64,000 nt of DNA from an uncultured Planctomycetales bacterium (GCA_964468745.1 CAYXVY010000201.1:4584-68583), one strand, 5' to 3'; counted from the first letter of the stretch, positions 38,100 through 50,012 are shown. Numbers and translations are program-made. Notes: generated by a model not told the origin, from the sequence alone.

Positions 38100-39023
38100 A
38101 TGACAGTTGCGCTGTGGACGGCCACCGCCTGGTACATCCTGCTGTCGGGCGGCCCCGTGGACACGGACTTGGATGCGCTGGGGTCGAAGTACGGGCTCAC
38201 GCGCGTCACGGACGCGGCGACCGGGCGAGAGGTGCTGCGCGCCCCGGGGCTGACGCTTGTCGTCGCGCCGGGGCTCTCCATGGCGCTCTGGAACGGAGAG
38301 CCGAAGGCGCTGTCGCGGCCTTGCCGCATCGTCGGGGGTCGCGTGGTCGTGCCCGCTGAGGTTGAAAGCTGGTTCGCGGGCCGTCCGGCGCGCAGACCCG
38401 GCCGGGAACCCGTGGTCGCCGCGCCGCCGTCGCACCGTGAGCGCACGCCCAAGAACTTCCGGCTTGTCATCGATCCAGGGCACGGAGGCGTTCACACGGG
38501 GGGCAAAGGCGCTTCGGGCCTGATGGAGAAGGAAGTCACGCTCGACGTGTCACTGCGCCTCGGCAAGCTTCTCGAGGAGTATGGCGTCGACGTCGTTCTC
38601 ACTCGAACGCGGGACCTGCACTTCGACGCCGACGTGGACGATGATCTCCAGAAGCGGATCGACATCGCCAATCGCGCGAAGGGCGATTTCTTCATGTCCA
38701 TTCACGCGAACTGGCATCCGACTGCGTCGCCGCGCGGATTCGAGGTGTTCGTCCCGCGCCACTTGGAGCGTTCGCGCCTGTCGAGCTCGACAATGGCGCA
38801 GGAGATCGAATCGCAGTTCAAGCGGCACCTTGACACGGAGAATCGCGGCATCAAGGAGGCGGGATTCCGCGTCCTGAAGGGAACCGTCGCGCCCGCCGTG
38901 CTCGTGGAGCTCGAGTTCCTGTCGAACCGTCGCGGCGAGGAGGAACTCAGCGACGCGTCGCATCGTCAGAAACTTGCGGGGCTGCTCTTCGCGGCGATCA
39001 AGAGCTATATCGCGCGCCGATAG
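38100..39023 (+). CDS. N-acetylmuramoyl-L-alanine amidase (Amidase_3)
   Basis: LVIDPGHGG, catalytic Glu in EKEVTLDV, SIHANW motif. Confidence 0.8.
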   Translation: MTVALWTATAWYILLSGGPVDTDLDALGSKYGLTRVTDAATGREVLRAPGLTLVVAPGLSMALWNGEPKALSRPCRIVGGRVVVPAEVESWFAGRPARRPGREPVVAAPPSHRERTPKNFRLVIDPGHGGVHTGGKGASGLMEKEVTLDVSLRLGKLLEEYGVDVVLTRTRDLHFDADVDDDLQKRIDIANRAKGDFFMSIHANWHPTASPRGFEVFVPRHLERSRLSSSTMAQEIESQFKRHLDTENRGIKEAGFRVLKGTVAPAVLVELEFLSNRRGEEELSDASHRQKLAGLLFAAIKSYIARR

Positions 39024-39042
39024 GCCGCTATAGTTACTCCCC

Positions 39043-39624
39043 ATGTCGAAGCCGTTTCTCGCGGCGGTCGTGTTCCTTGCCGGATGCGCGGGGAGCGTTC
39101 CGGCCGACCCCAAGGGTCTCGAGCCGTTCGCGCGCTATAAGGGCGCGCTGGCGCTCGCGGAGTCCGGCGATCCGCTCGACGAGCGCGAGCTGTTGACGCT
39201 GCTGAACGACCCTGATCCGCTGGCTCGCGATGGGGCCGTCGTGGCGCTCGGGCGGCTGGGGAAGGCGGAGCACGTGCCGGCGCTCATCGAAATGACATTC
39301 CTGGTCGCGGAGAAGCCCGACATGCCGCTGGTGAGGGCGGATGCGGTGCGCGCCCTGGCGCGGATCCGGGACCCGCGCGGCGTCCAGCCGATCGTCGCGG
39401 CCGTGAAGGACGTGTCCCCGGACGTGCGGCGCACGGCTGTCGTGGCGCTCGGCGCGTTTCCGGACCACGCGGCGGCGCTCGAGGCGCTCATCGACGCGGT
39501 CGAATCGAAGGAGTCACCCGTCGCGCAGAACGCGCGCGAGACGCTTGCGCGGATCGCAAATCGGAATGACATTCCGCCGCTGCGGGAAGCGTGGCTGGCG
39601 TGGCTCAAGGAGCGCGCGCCGTGA
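39043..39624 (+). CDS. HEAT-repeat lipoprotein
   Basis: lipobox FLAGC; repeated DxxVRxxAVxALG PBS-lyase HEAT-like units. Confidence 0.6.
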   Translation: MSKPFLAAVVFLAGCAGSVPADPKGLEPFARYKGALALAESGDPLDERELLTLLNDPDPLARDGAVVALGRLGKAEHVPALIEMTFLVAEKPDMPLVRADAVRALARIRDPRGVQPIVAAVKDVSPDVRRTAVVALGAFPDHAAALEALIDAVESKESPVAQNARETLARIANRNDIPPLREAWLAWLKERAP

Positions 39625-40187
39625 TCGAAACGCTCCTGCTCTCGAAACGGCTCAAGTACGACGGCACGCAGATCGATTCGCTGTGGGCGTACCGCGCGTT
39701 CGGTGTCCAGGGGGACTCGATCGTCGCGTGGATCGGCCCTTGCGCGATCCCGACGCGCCACATGATCGACCAGGAGGACGTGCGCTCGAAGTCCGTGATC
39801 AAGAGCCCCCTGATGCTGCACTTCATCGCGGAGCATTTCGACGCGCCGCCGGACCTCGAAAAGGCCGTGCTGCGGCAGCGCCTCTTTTCGACGATCGTGC
39901 GCGACGCGTTCGAGCTCGCCAGCGGCCACCACGTGCAGCGCGACGGCGACGACATCTTCGACCATCGCGCGAAGCTGACGATCTCGATCGCGGCCGCGAC
40001 GCCGGTGTCGGTCAAGTTCCATTTCGGGATCAACGTGAAGAAGGCGACGGGCGTCGGCGTCGAGACCGCCGGCCTCGGCCAGTACAAGATCGATCCGGTG
40101 GCGTTCGCGAAGGACGTGCTCTCGCGCTACGAGCGCGACATGAACGGCATCGACGATGCGCGGACGCGCGCTCGCGGAGCACACTAG
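39621..40187 (+). CDS. conserved hypothetical protein (DUF366-like)
   Basis: GTG start overlaps the upstream stop; no known catalytic motifs. Confidence 0.4.
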   Translation: MIETLLLSKRLKYDGTQIDSLWAYRAFGVQGDSIVAWIGPCAIPTRHMIDQEDVRSKSVIKSPLMLHFIAEHFDAPPDLEKAVLRQRLFSTIVRDAFELASGHHVQRDGDDIFDHRAKLTISIAAATPVSVKFHFGINVKKATGVGVETAGLGQYKIDPVAFAKDVLSRYERDMNGIDDARTRARGAH

Positions 40188-41225
40188 GTGGCCGAGCCAT
40201 CGCGCGTGCGTCGGTTCCTGGTCAACGTCCTGAGGGTCGCCGTTTCGGCCGCGATGCTCGTGGTCGCGGTGCGGATGATCGACGTCCGGGATGCGCCGTA
40301 CATGAAGCTGCCGGACGGTCGGTATCTGCCGTTTACGTCTTTCCACGAGGCCAACGAGCTCGGCGCGAGGGTCGAGTTCCGTCCCGGACTGCTGTCGGTC
40401 CTTAAAAGCGTGAATGTCGCCTGGCTTCCCCCGCTGGTGCTCTCGCTTGTCGTTTCGATCGCGGCACTCTCGTGGCGCTGGTGGACGCTGCTGCGCGCGA
40501 ACGGGTTCGAGGTCCCGTATCGACGCGTCTTTACGCTGCTCTACGTCGGCGCGTTCTTCAATCAGATCCTGCCCGGAGCCGTCGGCGGCGACGCGGTGCG
40601 GATGTATTTCGCTTCTCGCGACGAGCAGCGCAAGGCCGCAGCCGCGGCCACGGTCGCGCTGGACCGGCTGATCGGGCTCGTGACGATGATCGTTGTGGCG
40701 TCGATCGCGGTCATTCCTCTCATCCGCACGCCGGAATTGCGCATCCCTGTCATCACCGTCGCGTCGCTGGCCACGGCCGCCGTCCTGGGAACGCTGCTCT
40801 ACTTCTCGCCGCTCGGTCGTCGCCTGCGCGGAGCCCTGCCGTTTCAGAAGCAGGTGCAGGAGATCGACGGCGTTCTGCACTCGATCAAGCACGGGCCGCG
40901 GACGCTGGCACTCGCCGTAGCGCAGTCGCTGATCGCACAATTCACGGCGGTGTTCGTCGTGTATGGGCTGGCGCTGGCGCTCGGCATCCGTGTCGGTATC
41001 CTGCCGTTTTTGCTCTTCGAAGTGCTTATCTTCATCCTGGTCGCGGTGCCGATCAGCGTGGGCGGCTGGGGTGTGCAGGAGGTCGCCTACGCGCAGCTCT
41101 TCGCGCTCGCCGGCGTGCCGCCGAACGAGGCGGTTGCGCTCTCGGTGCTGTTCAAGCTGGCAGGTCTCGTCATCAGTCTCCCCGGCGGACTCCTGTTTGC
41201 GCTCGGCGTTCACCGCCGCCCGTGA
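40188..41225 (+). CDS. lysylphosphatidylglycerol-synthase-TM-like (flippase-like, UPF0104) membrane protein
   Basis: GTG start directly after the previous stop; at least 8 TM helices; FFNQILPGAVGGDAVR signature. Confidence 0.6.
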   Translation: MAEPSRVRRFLVNVLRVAVSAAMLVVAVRMIDVRDAPYMKLPDGRYLPFTSFHEANELGARVEFRPGLLSVLKSVNVAWLPPLVLSLVVSIAALSWRWWTLLRANGFEVPYRRVFTLLYVGAFFNQILPGAVGGDAVRMYFASRDEQRKAAAAATVALDRLIGLVTMIVVASIAVIPLIRTPELRIPVITVASLATAAVLGTLLYFSPLGRRLRGALPFQKQVQEIDGVLHSIKHGPRTLALAVAQSLIAQFTAVFVVYGLALALGIRVGILPFLLFEVLIFILVAVPISVGGWGVQEVAYAQLFALAGVPPNEAVALSVLFKLAGLVISLPGGLLFALGVHRRP

Positions 41226-41247
41226 TTCTGGTAGTCTCCTCCTTTCC

Positions 41248-43083
<1,836 letters not shown>

Positions 43084-43104
43084 CTCTCGTATAATCGGTG
43101 ATCC

Positions 43105-45834
43105 ATGTCGAACACCCGCGTGTGGGGGGACTACGAAGTTTTCATGGATCAGGTCCTCGGCCGCGGCGGCATGGGCGCGGTGTACCGCGGGCGGCAGGTG
43201 TCGGTCGACCGCCCGGTCGCGATCAAGGTCCTCAAAAAGGAACTCGCGAACGGCGACTTCATCAAGCGGTTCCAGCGCGAGGCCACGCTGCTGGCGCGGC
43301 TCATCGACTCGCACATCGTGCAGGTGTTCGGCGCCGGAGAAGGCGAGGGCGAGTACTTCTTCGCGATGGAGTACGTCGAGGGTCAGGATCTTTCGAGCAT
43401 GATCCGCTCGGGCAAGCAGTTCGATGCGCGCGAGGTGCTCGACATCGCGATCCAGACGGGGCTGGCGCTCAAGGCCGCGTGGCGCCTCAAGATCGTGCAT
43501 CGCGACATCAAGCCATCGAACATCATCATGACGCGCGACGGTCAGGCCAAAGTCATGGACTTCGGCCTCGCGAAAAATCCCGACATGGAGCTGACGCGCA
43601 CTGAACTCAGCATGGGCACGGCGAAGTACATCTCGCCGGAGCAGGCGACGGGCGGCGTGGTGGACATCCGGGCCGACCTGTACTCGCTCGGGTGCGTGCT
43701 GTACGAAATCGCGACGGGCAGCGTGCCGTTCGTGGGCGACAGCCCGACGTCGGTCATCTATCAGCACGTGCACAAGGCGCCCGCGTCGCCGAGCAAGCTC
43801 AACCCCGGCGTGCCGGAGGAGCTGTCGGCTCTCATCCTGCGAGCCCTCGCGAAGCGGGCGGACGAGCGCTACCAGTCGCCCGACGATCTCATCTCCGACG
43901 CGAAGGCCATCCAGGAAGGCGTGTCGCCGGACGAGCGGACGATGCTGCTGGCGCAGACGCAGGCGTCGCGCTCCAGCGCGCAGACAATGCCGATGCACGA
44001 CGGCGATCCGACGCTGCTCCGTCAACAGCAGGGCGTCCAGCAGAGTGACGTGCAGCCGTCGTCCAGCAAGGCGCCCCTGATCGCGAGTCTGTTCGTGGCG
44101 CTGCTGATCGTCGGCGGCGTCGGCTGGTTCATCGTGAAAAGCCTCGGCGTGGAGGATCCGAATCTCGCGGGCGGAGGCAGCACGGTTCAGCCTCCCCCTC
44201 CGACGACCGACGGTCCGCCGCTCACGACGACGCAGCCTCCTCCACCGACGACGGGCACGACGCCGGTGACCACCACGCAGCCGCCTCCGCCGACGACAGG
44301 TGAGACGCCGGTGACGACCGCCCAGCCTCCCCCGCCGACGACCGAGGTTCCGCCCGTGACCACGACGCAACCTCCGCCGCCCACGACCACGACCCCTCCG
44401 GTCGATACGTTCGCCGATCGTCTCGAGCAGGCGCAGACGCTGCTCAAAGCGGAGAAGTGGCAGGAGGCCCGCGACGTGCTCAGCGCGCTCGCGAAGCAGA
44501 TGCCGTCGGATGACAGGCGCCTTTCCGAGGTGCGGCTCAACGGCGTGCTCTGCGACTTCCAACTCGCGATCCTGAACGCGAAAGGCACTGGCAATCGCGA
44601 CCTCCAGATCCAGAACTACGAGGCGGCGCTCGCGCTGCTGCCCGAGGGCGATTCACGCCGGGCCGAAACGGAGCGGACGATCCGGCTGCTCAAGTACGGA
44701 AAGCACTACGACGCCGGCAAGGAACGGATGGGCGGGGATTGGGAGCGCGCGGCGGAGCAGTTTGCGCAGGCACAGCAGTACGCGGACGGAGCGCCGAAGG
44801 CCGAGGCGATCGAGATGCAGGAATTCTGCGTGAAGTACGCGCGCGCGATGGACGTGCTCTACACGAAGCAAAATGTCGACGAGGCGCTGCCGCTCTTCAA
44901 GGCGCTCCTGTCGAAGAGCTTCGGCTTCGCGAACGATTTGCAGACGCGCATCACGACGTGCGAGAACGCAATCGCCGACCGTGTGCGGGTCGAGCGCGAC
45001 GCCAAATTGGCGAAATTCAGGGAGGCATTCGACCGCGGGCGCGATGCGTGGAAACGCGGCAAGTGGGCCGAGGCGAAGGAGGCGCTCGACGCGGCGGCCA
45101 AGCTGGCGGTCGATCCCGCGACCGACGAGTTCATCGCGTTGCACAAACAGGCCACAGCGGCCACAAACGTTCCGGCCGGCATGGTATTTATCCCGGCGGT
45201 GAAGTTCACGTTCGGCAACGGCGGCGCGGAAAGCGTGACCGGGCCGAAGCAGGATCGCGAGCTGTCCGCGTATTGCATCGACTTGCGGGAGGTGACCGTC
45301 AGCGAGTACCGCAAGTTCCTCGCGGCAAACGTCGGACACTCGAAGTGCCCCGCCGGCGAGACTGACGAAAAGAAGCAGGGCACCCATGAGCCGCTCAACT
45401 GGGCGATGCAGCGCGACGATGCCAAGTCGGCGACGGGCGTCGACTGGTACGACGCCGCCGCCTACGCGGCGTGGGCGGGGAAGAAGCTGCCGACGGAGTT
45501 CCAGTGGGAACGCGCGGCCGGCACGGACTTATTCGGGGGCGAGCGTCGCGCGTACCCGTGGGGGAACGAGTACGGGCGGGGCGAGGGAACGAGTCCGGTC
45601 GGGTGCGAGGGGATGGGGAACGGTACGCTCGAGTGGTGCGCGGATTGGTTCGACCGCTACGCCGGAGGCACCGCGAAGAACGGGGACTTTGGCGAGACGA
45701 AAAAGGCGCTGCGGGGCGGGTACCAGGACGAGTCAAGCGCCAGGGAAGAGACGCGCGTGGTGCACCGCAAAGCGCTGCGGCCGGACTCGCGCCGTTCGTA
45801 TGTCGGATTCCGGTGCGTCCAGCCGGTGGAGTAG
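43105..45834 (+). CDS. Ser/Thr protein kinase with TM helix, Pro/Thr-rich repeats, TPR-like region and C-terminal FGE-sulfatase (SUMF1-like) domain
   Basis: VHRDIKPSNI, DFGLAK, SPE kinase motifs; TM helix LIASLFVALLIVGGVGWFIV; five 15-aa QPPPPTT units; C-terminal FGE-type fold motifs (WAGKKLPTEFQWERAA, RGG, GFRCV). Confidence 0.8.
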   Translation: MSNTRVWGDYEVFMDQVLGRGGMGAVYRGRQVSVDRPVAIKVLKKELANGDFIKRFQREATLLARLIDSHIVQVFGAGEGEGEYFFAMEYVEGQDLSSMIRSGKQFDAREVLDIAIQTGLALKAAWRLKIVHRDIKPSNIIMTRDGQAKVMDFGLAKNPDMELTRTELSMGTAKYISPEQATGGVVDIRADLYSLGCVLYEIATGSVPFVGDSPTSVIYQHVHKAPASPSKLNPGVPEELSALILRALAKRADERYQSPDDLISDAKAIQEGVSPDERTMLLAQTQASRSSAQTMPMHDGDPTLLRQQQGVQQSDVQPSSSKAPLIASLFVALLIVGGVGWFIVKSLGVEDPNLAGGGSTVQPPPPTTDGPPLTTTQPPPPTTGTTPVTTTQPPPPTTGETPVTTAQPPPPTTEVPPVTTTQPPPPTTTTPPVDTFADRLEQAQTLLKAEKWQEARDVLSALAKQMPSDDRRLSEVRLNGVLCDFQLAILNAKGTGNRDLQIQNYEAALALLPEGDSRRAETERTIRLLKYGKHYDAGKERMGGDWERAAEQFAQAQQYADGAPKAEAIEMQEFCVKYARAMDVLYTKQNVDEALPLFKALLSKSFGFANDLQTRITTCENAIADRVRVERDAKLAKFREAFDRGRDAWKRGKWAEAKEALDAAAKLAVDPATDEFIALHKQATAATNVPAGMVFIPAVKFTFGNGGAESVTGPKQDRELSAYCIDLREVTVSEYRKFLAANVGHSKCPAGETDEKKQGTHEPLNWAMQRDDAKSATGVDWYDAAAYAAWAGKKLPTEFQWERAAGTDLFGGERRAYPWGNEYGRGEGTSPVGCEGMGNGTLEWCADWFDRYAGGTAKNGDFGETKKALRGGYQDESSAREETRVVHRKALRPDSRRSYVGFRCVQPVE
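44185..44406 (+). repeat. 45-bp x5 in-frame tandem repeat (QPPPPTTGxxPVTT)
   Basis: tandem nucleotide repeats (acgcagcctcctccaccgacgacg...) inside the kinase gene. Confidence 0.7.
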
Positions 45835-45977
45835 GAAGTTTGGGGTTGGAGGTTCAATCTGCTCCCGCCTCCTACGTCCAACCTTGAACGCCTCACCTCC
45901 ACCTTGCTCCCACTTCTAACTTCCAACAGCCCGCCACCGCGGCTATACTCCCGCGACCATTTCCTGGAGGCTACTGG

Positions 45978-46301
45978 ATGCTTAGACTGATCGCGTTGCT
46001 CGTCGTGACTGCGGTTGCCGTGCCCGGGTGCGGTGGCGGCGCCAATCCGCAGGACGAGGAAAAGCGCAAGAACGAGATGGCGGCGCTGAGGCTCGACATG
46101 AACTCGAAGTTTGCGGACCTCGAGAAGCGCTATGCCGGCGTGCTGCAGATGGAGCAGCAGGCGAAGAACGCGCTCGAAGACGCGAAAAAGATGACGCGCG
46201 TCACGGGCGACGTCGTGGCGGTCCTCAAGGCGCAGGAAGCGGCGCTGAAGGACTACCTCCGCGCCATCCAGGAAGCGATCAAGGCGCTCGAACCCAGGTA
46301 G
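45978..46301 (+). CDS. small coiled-coil lipoprotein
   Basis: lipobox AVAVPGCGG; helical, Lys/Glu-rich remainder. Confidence 0.5.
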   Translation: MLRLIALLVVTAVAVPGCGGGANPQDEEKRKNEMAALRLDMNSKFADLEKRYAGVLQMEQQAKNALEDAKKMTRVTGDVVAVLKAQEAALKDYLRAIQEAIKALEPR

Positions 46302-46309
46302 CGCGTCTC

Positions 46310-47107
46310 GTGAAGCCGCTCTCCGCTCGCCACGGGTGGGCGGCGCTCGGCGTCGCGCTGCTGCTGTACGTCATCGCGGCGAAGGCCGTGGGAGCGGGCG
46401 GGCCTCTCCCGCTGGCCGCGGCGGCGATCCAGCTTGCGTTCGTCGTGGCAGCGATCGGCGTTGTCGTCGCCGGCCGCCTCCGGACTGACGAAGCTCTCTC
46501 ACTACGCGCGCCGTACGCGGCCGAGGTCGGCCTCGCGCTTCTTGGCACCGTCGCCCTCCATCTCATCCTGCGCAGCCTCGATCCGGTACTCATGGACGGG
46601 CTGCGGCAATTCGGTTGGGACTCGACGGCTGAGCTGGAGCGATTCGAAAAGTACATTCTCGCCGAGCTGGCGCGCAATCCCGTCGCGGTCGTGCTGACGG
46701 TGGCCGCGCTGCCGGCGCTCTGCGAGGAGACGCTCTTCCGCGGTGTGATCCTGAATGGCCTGAATCGCTCTCACGGCCCGGCCGCCGCACTCCTGCTGAG
46801 CTCGGTGCTTTTCGCGATGGTTCACCTCGCGCCGGCGCGGATCGTCATGACGTTCGTCCTCGGGCTCTGGTTCGGTATCGCGGCGCAGCGCAGCCTCTGG
46901 CCGGCGATCGCCGCGCACGCGGCGAACAACGTCCTCGCGCTGCTGCTCCCGAAGACGCTGCCCGCGCCGGGGCTGACCGCGCTGCTGGCACTGCCCGTCT
47001 TGGCCGGAACGCTCGTGCTGTTCCGCCGCCGTTACGCGCGCGGCTCGGTTTCGGGCTTGGCCGAGTACAAGTCGGGAGACGGAGGGAACGGCGCCGGCTC
47101 GGTGTAG
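46310..47107 (+). CDS. CPBP-family (CAAX) intramembrane metalloprotease
   Basis: EETLFRG, FAMVHL and HAANN motifs in TM helices; GTG start after the upstream stop. Confidence 0.7.
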   Translation: MKPLSARHGWAALGVALLLYVIAAKAVGAGGPLPLAAAAIQLAFVVAAIGVVVAGRLRTDEALSLRAPYAAEVGLALLGTVALHLILRSLDPVLMDGLRQFGWDSTAELERFEKYILAELARNPVAVVLTVAALPALCEETLFRGVILNGLNRSHGPAAALLLSSVLFAMVHLAPARIVMTFVLGLWFGIAAQRSLWPAIAAHAANNVLALLLPKTLPAPGLTALLALPVLAGTLVLFRRRYARGSVSGLAEYKSGDGGNGAGSV

Positions 47108-48339
47108 GGGGCCTCGCCGGTCAGCACCTTGCGAAGCTCGTCCGTCCGCTTCGTCCCCGCGTTGATCTCGATGTCCACCACCGCGATCTGCCGCTCCTTC
47201 ACCTTGAGCTCGTCCTCGAGCTGCTTGCGCTTCAGCCGCAGCGCCTTTTCCTTTTTCTGCAGATCCTCGACCTCGACTTCGGCCCGAAGGCGGTGGATCT
47301 GTCCCCGCTTGCGCGAGATCGTGTGCCGCACGCCGTTGACGATCTCGTACTTCGCGCCGATCGAATTATCGACAAGCTCCGCCCGCAGGTCCTTCTCGAG
47401 GAAGAGCTGGCCCATCCAGCCGTATACGACGTCCAGCTCGCGCCGCACGTCCGCGATCCGCTTCTCGAGTTCGTTGCAGCGCACGTCCGGATCGCCCTCG
47501 ATGCCGTACTGTTTCAGGGTCTCGCGGTTCCGGCCGATCTCCTCGCGGAGGCGGTCGTTCTCCTGGCGCAGCCCGTTGATTGTGCGCTGCCGATCGAACG
47601 CAAAGTCGAAGATGAGGCGGAGGTCCCCCGTGGTCCGGTCGGCAAAGTCGCTTTCTGCCGCGCGCGAGCCCGCGTCGGCGTACGCCTTGAGCTTCTTTTT
47701 CTCGACCTTGTGGATGGAGCCGCGGACGACGAACTCCTTGCCCTTCGCCTTCAGCTTTTCGAAGAGCCCGCCGTTCTTGCGCTCGACGTCCAGCGTGCGC
47801 AGGTTCTCCTCGAGTTTCTCGATCTCGAGGTCGATCTTCATGACCTCCTCGAAGAGCTGGCGATAGCGGTCCCGGTCGTCGAGCGACTTGTAGACCGTGT
47901 ACGAGCCGGCGCCGAGCTCGACGAAGCGCTTCTCGCGCTCGCGGGCGAACTCCCCGGCGCGCTTCTCGTTGTCGGCGACGGCCTTGTCGATGTCGGTGAT
48001 CTTCCGCGCGGTGTCCCGGATGCGCGCGATATCGGTCCGGAAATCCTCCTCGCTCTTGCGCAGGCTCTGGACGGAGTGGAGGAACTTGACGAGTTCCGAG
48101 GAGCGCACGCCGGAGAGGTCGAGCGTCGTGATCGACTTCCCGAGCGCGATGCACTCGGCGGAGATCTGCTGCTCGAGCCGCCGGATGTCGGCCTCGAGCT
48201 GATCGATTTCGCGTTTCCGTGCGTCCATTGCAGGGGCCGGACCCGTCCCGGCCGTCTGGAATAGAGAGTAGCAAGGCGCGGAGAGCAAGGCCAGTGCGCG
48301 CAAGAAATCGCGCGGAACGCCCTTTCCGGCGCTTTTCAT
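47032..48339 (-). CDS. long coiled-coil protein
   Basis: heptad-rich Glu/Arg/Lys sequence throughout; alternative start at 48228 (MDARKREIDQ); 3' end overlaps the convergent CPBP gene by about 75 nt. Confidence 0.5.
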   Translation of the reverse strand: MKSAGKGVPRDFLRALALLSAPCYSLFQTAGTGPAPAMDARKREIDQLEADIRRLEQQISAECIALGKSITTLDLSGVRSSELVKFLHSVQSLRKSEEDFRTDIARIRDTARKITDIDKAVADNEKRAGEFAREREKRFVELGAGSYTVYKSLDDRDRYRQLFEEVMKIDLEIEKLEENLRTLDVERKNGGLFEKLKAKGKEFVVRGSIHKVEKKKLKAYADAGSRAAESDFADRTTGDLRLIFDFAFDRQRTINGLRQENDRLREEIGRNRETLKQYGIEGDPDVRCNELEKRIADVRRELDVVYGWMGQLFLEKDLRAELVDNSIGAKYEIVNGVRHTISRKRGQIHRLRAEVEVEDLQKKEKALRLKRKQLEDELKVKERQIAVVDIEINAGTKRTDELRKVLTGEAPYTEPAPFPPSPDLYSAKPETEPRA

Positions 48340-48393
48340 TGACAGTCTGGGACGACGACGCTTAGAATTCGCCCTTCGTAATTTACGTTTGCT

Positions 48394-48654
48394 ATGGTCG
48401 GATCCCACGATAAATTCGCCGCGTCGCTGACTCCCGATGAACGGATGCTGGTCACGATGCGCGACGAATTGTATGACGGTTCTTGGGAACAGATGCTCAA
48501 GGACCTCAAGGATCGGTTGAAGGGCAAGCCGTACATCTTCAAGCTCGTCAACCGCATCCAGGACGACATCCAGAGGATCGAGAAGCTGGGCGACTACGAA
48601 CGGAAGCATCGGGTGAATCTCGCCCAGTACCTGAAGCAGAAGGAGGAGAAATGA
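48394..48654 (+). CDS. small hypothetical protein (86 aa)
   Basis: ATGA-coupled to the downstream lipoprotein gene. Confidence 0.4.
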   Translation: MVGSHDKFAASLTPDERMLVTMRDELYDGSWEQMLKDLKDRLKGKPYIFKLVNRIQDDIQRIEKLGDYERKHRVNLAQYLKQKEEK

Positions 48655-50012
48655 GGGCTCTCATTGCCGCGTTCGGAATTCTTCTGCTGGCGGGCGCGCC
48701 GGGGTGCGGCGGCGCCTCGACGCCCGAGTACTTCGGGTCGCTCCAGGACTTCAACGACCCCGGCCTGAAATCGCTGCGCGACGAGATCCAGAGCCTCCCG
48801 TTCCGCCACATCGAATGGGAGTACAAGTTCTCCGCGAAGGAGATCGCCCGCGTCACGTTCGGTCGCGAAAACCTGTACTTCGAGACGCCCGACTTCCGCG
48901 TCATCGCGGTCGACCGCTTCAACGGCGTGACCAAGTGGATCTACGAGGTCGACACGCACACGCCGCTCGACTGGGCGCCCATCGAGGCGTACGGCGTCCC
49001 CGACGAGATCCGCCGCCTCGAGACGGAGCTGCGGGCGAACAACCGCAAGATCGAGGACATCATCAAGGAGAAGGGGCCGGGCGAGGACTCGAAGGCGGCC
49101 CAGAAGAAGCGCGACCAGACACGCGAGCTGCTCCGCCAGGCGCAGACGGGCGACAACGTGTACTTCGTGTCGCGCGGCATCATGTACTGCCTCGTGCGCA
49201 CCACCGGCGGCCTCCTCTGGACGCGCCAGCTCAGCAAGGAGTTTTCGCCCTCCGGGCAGCCGTTCGCCATCCGCAGCCACATCTTCATCCCGGGCGCCGA
49301 CCGCTCGCGCGTATGGGCGCTCGACGTCGAGAAGCGCGGCATCAGCGTGAACTTCTACCGCACAAGCATCGGGACGCACGACAACGACGTGACGAACCGG
49401 CCCGTGTACGAGGATCCGTCGCTTTATTTCGTGTCGCACGACGGAAACGTGTACAGCTACAACCTGAGCGGGCAGGAGAACTGGCACTACTCGACCGAGG
49501 ACGAGATCAAGGCCGATCCGCTGATCTTCAAGTACAACGTGATGGTGCAGGGCCGCGCCGTGCGCTCGACGAAGTACCTGTTCGTGGGCGGCATGGATCA
49601 CGCGTTCTACGCGATCGACGCCGCGGGCGGCAACCTGATCTGGAAGTACGAGACGGCGGGGCAGATCAAGACACCGGCCGTCGCGCGTGGCGAAACGGTC
49701 TACGTGAAGACGGAGCTGGGCGCGCTCTTCGCGCTCGAGGTCGAACCGAAGATTGCGGGCGGCCCGAAGCGCGGCGGAAGTCTGCGCTGGAAGCTCCCGC
49801 TCGGCGAACGCTTCCTCGTGAAGGGCAAGGACTACGTGTACGTCATGGGTGCGGACCGCGAGATCTACCAGCTCAATGAGATGACGGGCGAGGTGATCGG
49901 GCGCCGCAAGCTCAACCTGCTGCAGCACGTGGTCACGAACGTGGTCGACGACATCCTTTACGTCGCGCATCCGGCGGGCTACGTGTGGGCGCTGCGCGAG
50001 TCGAAGGACTAG
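48651..50012 (+). CDS. PQQ-like beta-propeller repeat lipoprotein (BamB-like fold)
   Basis: lipobox LLAGAPGCGG; repeated PQQ-type motifs (YFVSRGIMYCL, LYFVSHDGNVYSY, FYAIDAAGGNLIWKY, VYVKTELGALFAL). Confidence 0.65.
   Translation: MRALIAAFGILLLAGAPGCGGASTPEYFGSLQDFNDPGLKSLRDEIQSLPFRHIEWEYKFSAKEIARVTFGRENLYFETPDFRVIAVDRFNGVTKWIYEVDTHTPLDWAPIEAYGVPDEIRRLETELRANNRKIEDIIKEKGPGEDSKAAQKKRDQTRELLRQAQTGDNVYFVSRGIMYCLVRTTGGLLWTRQLSKEFSPSGQPFAIRSHIFIPGADRSRVWALDVEKRGISVNFYRTSIGTHDNDVTNRPVYEDPSLYFVSHDGNVYSYNLSGQENWHYSTEDEIKADPLIFKYNVMVQGRAVRSTKYLFVGGMDHAFYAIDAAGGNLIWKYETAGQIKTPAVARGETVYVKTELGALFALEVEPKIAGGPKRGGSLRWKLPLGERFLVKGKDYVYVMGADREIYQLNEMTGEVIGRRKLNLLQHVVTNVVDDILYVAHPAGYVWALRESKD

Noticed and set aside
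45835-45977. Intergenic ggaggt/acctcc-rich stretch that might be an inverted-repeat element
   Set aside because: The arms are interrupted by a 7-nt insertion and do not match the GGGATY family; more likely a plain promoter or UTR region.
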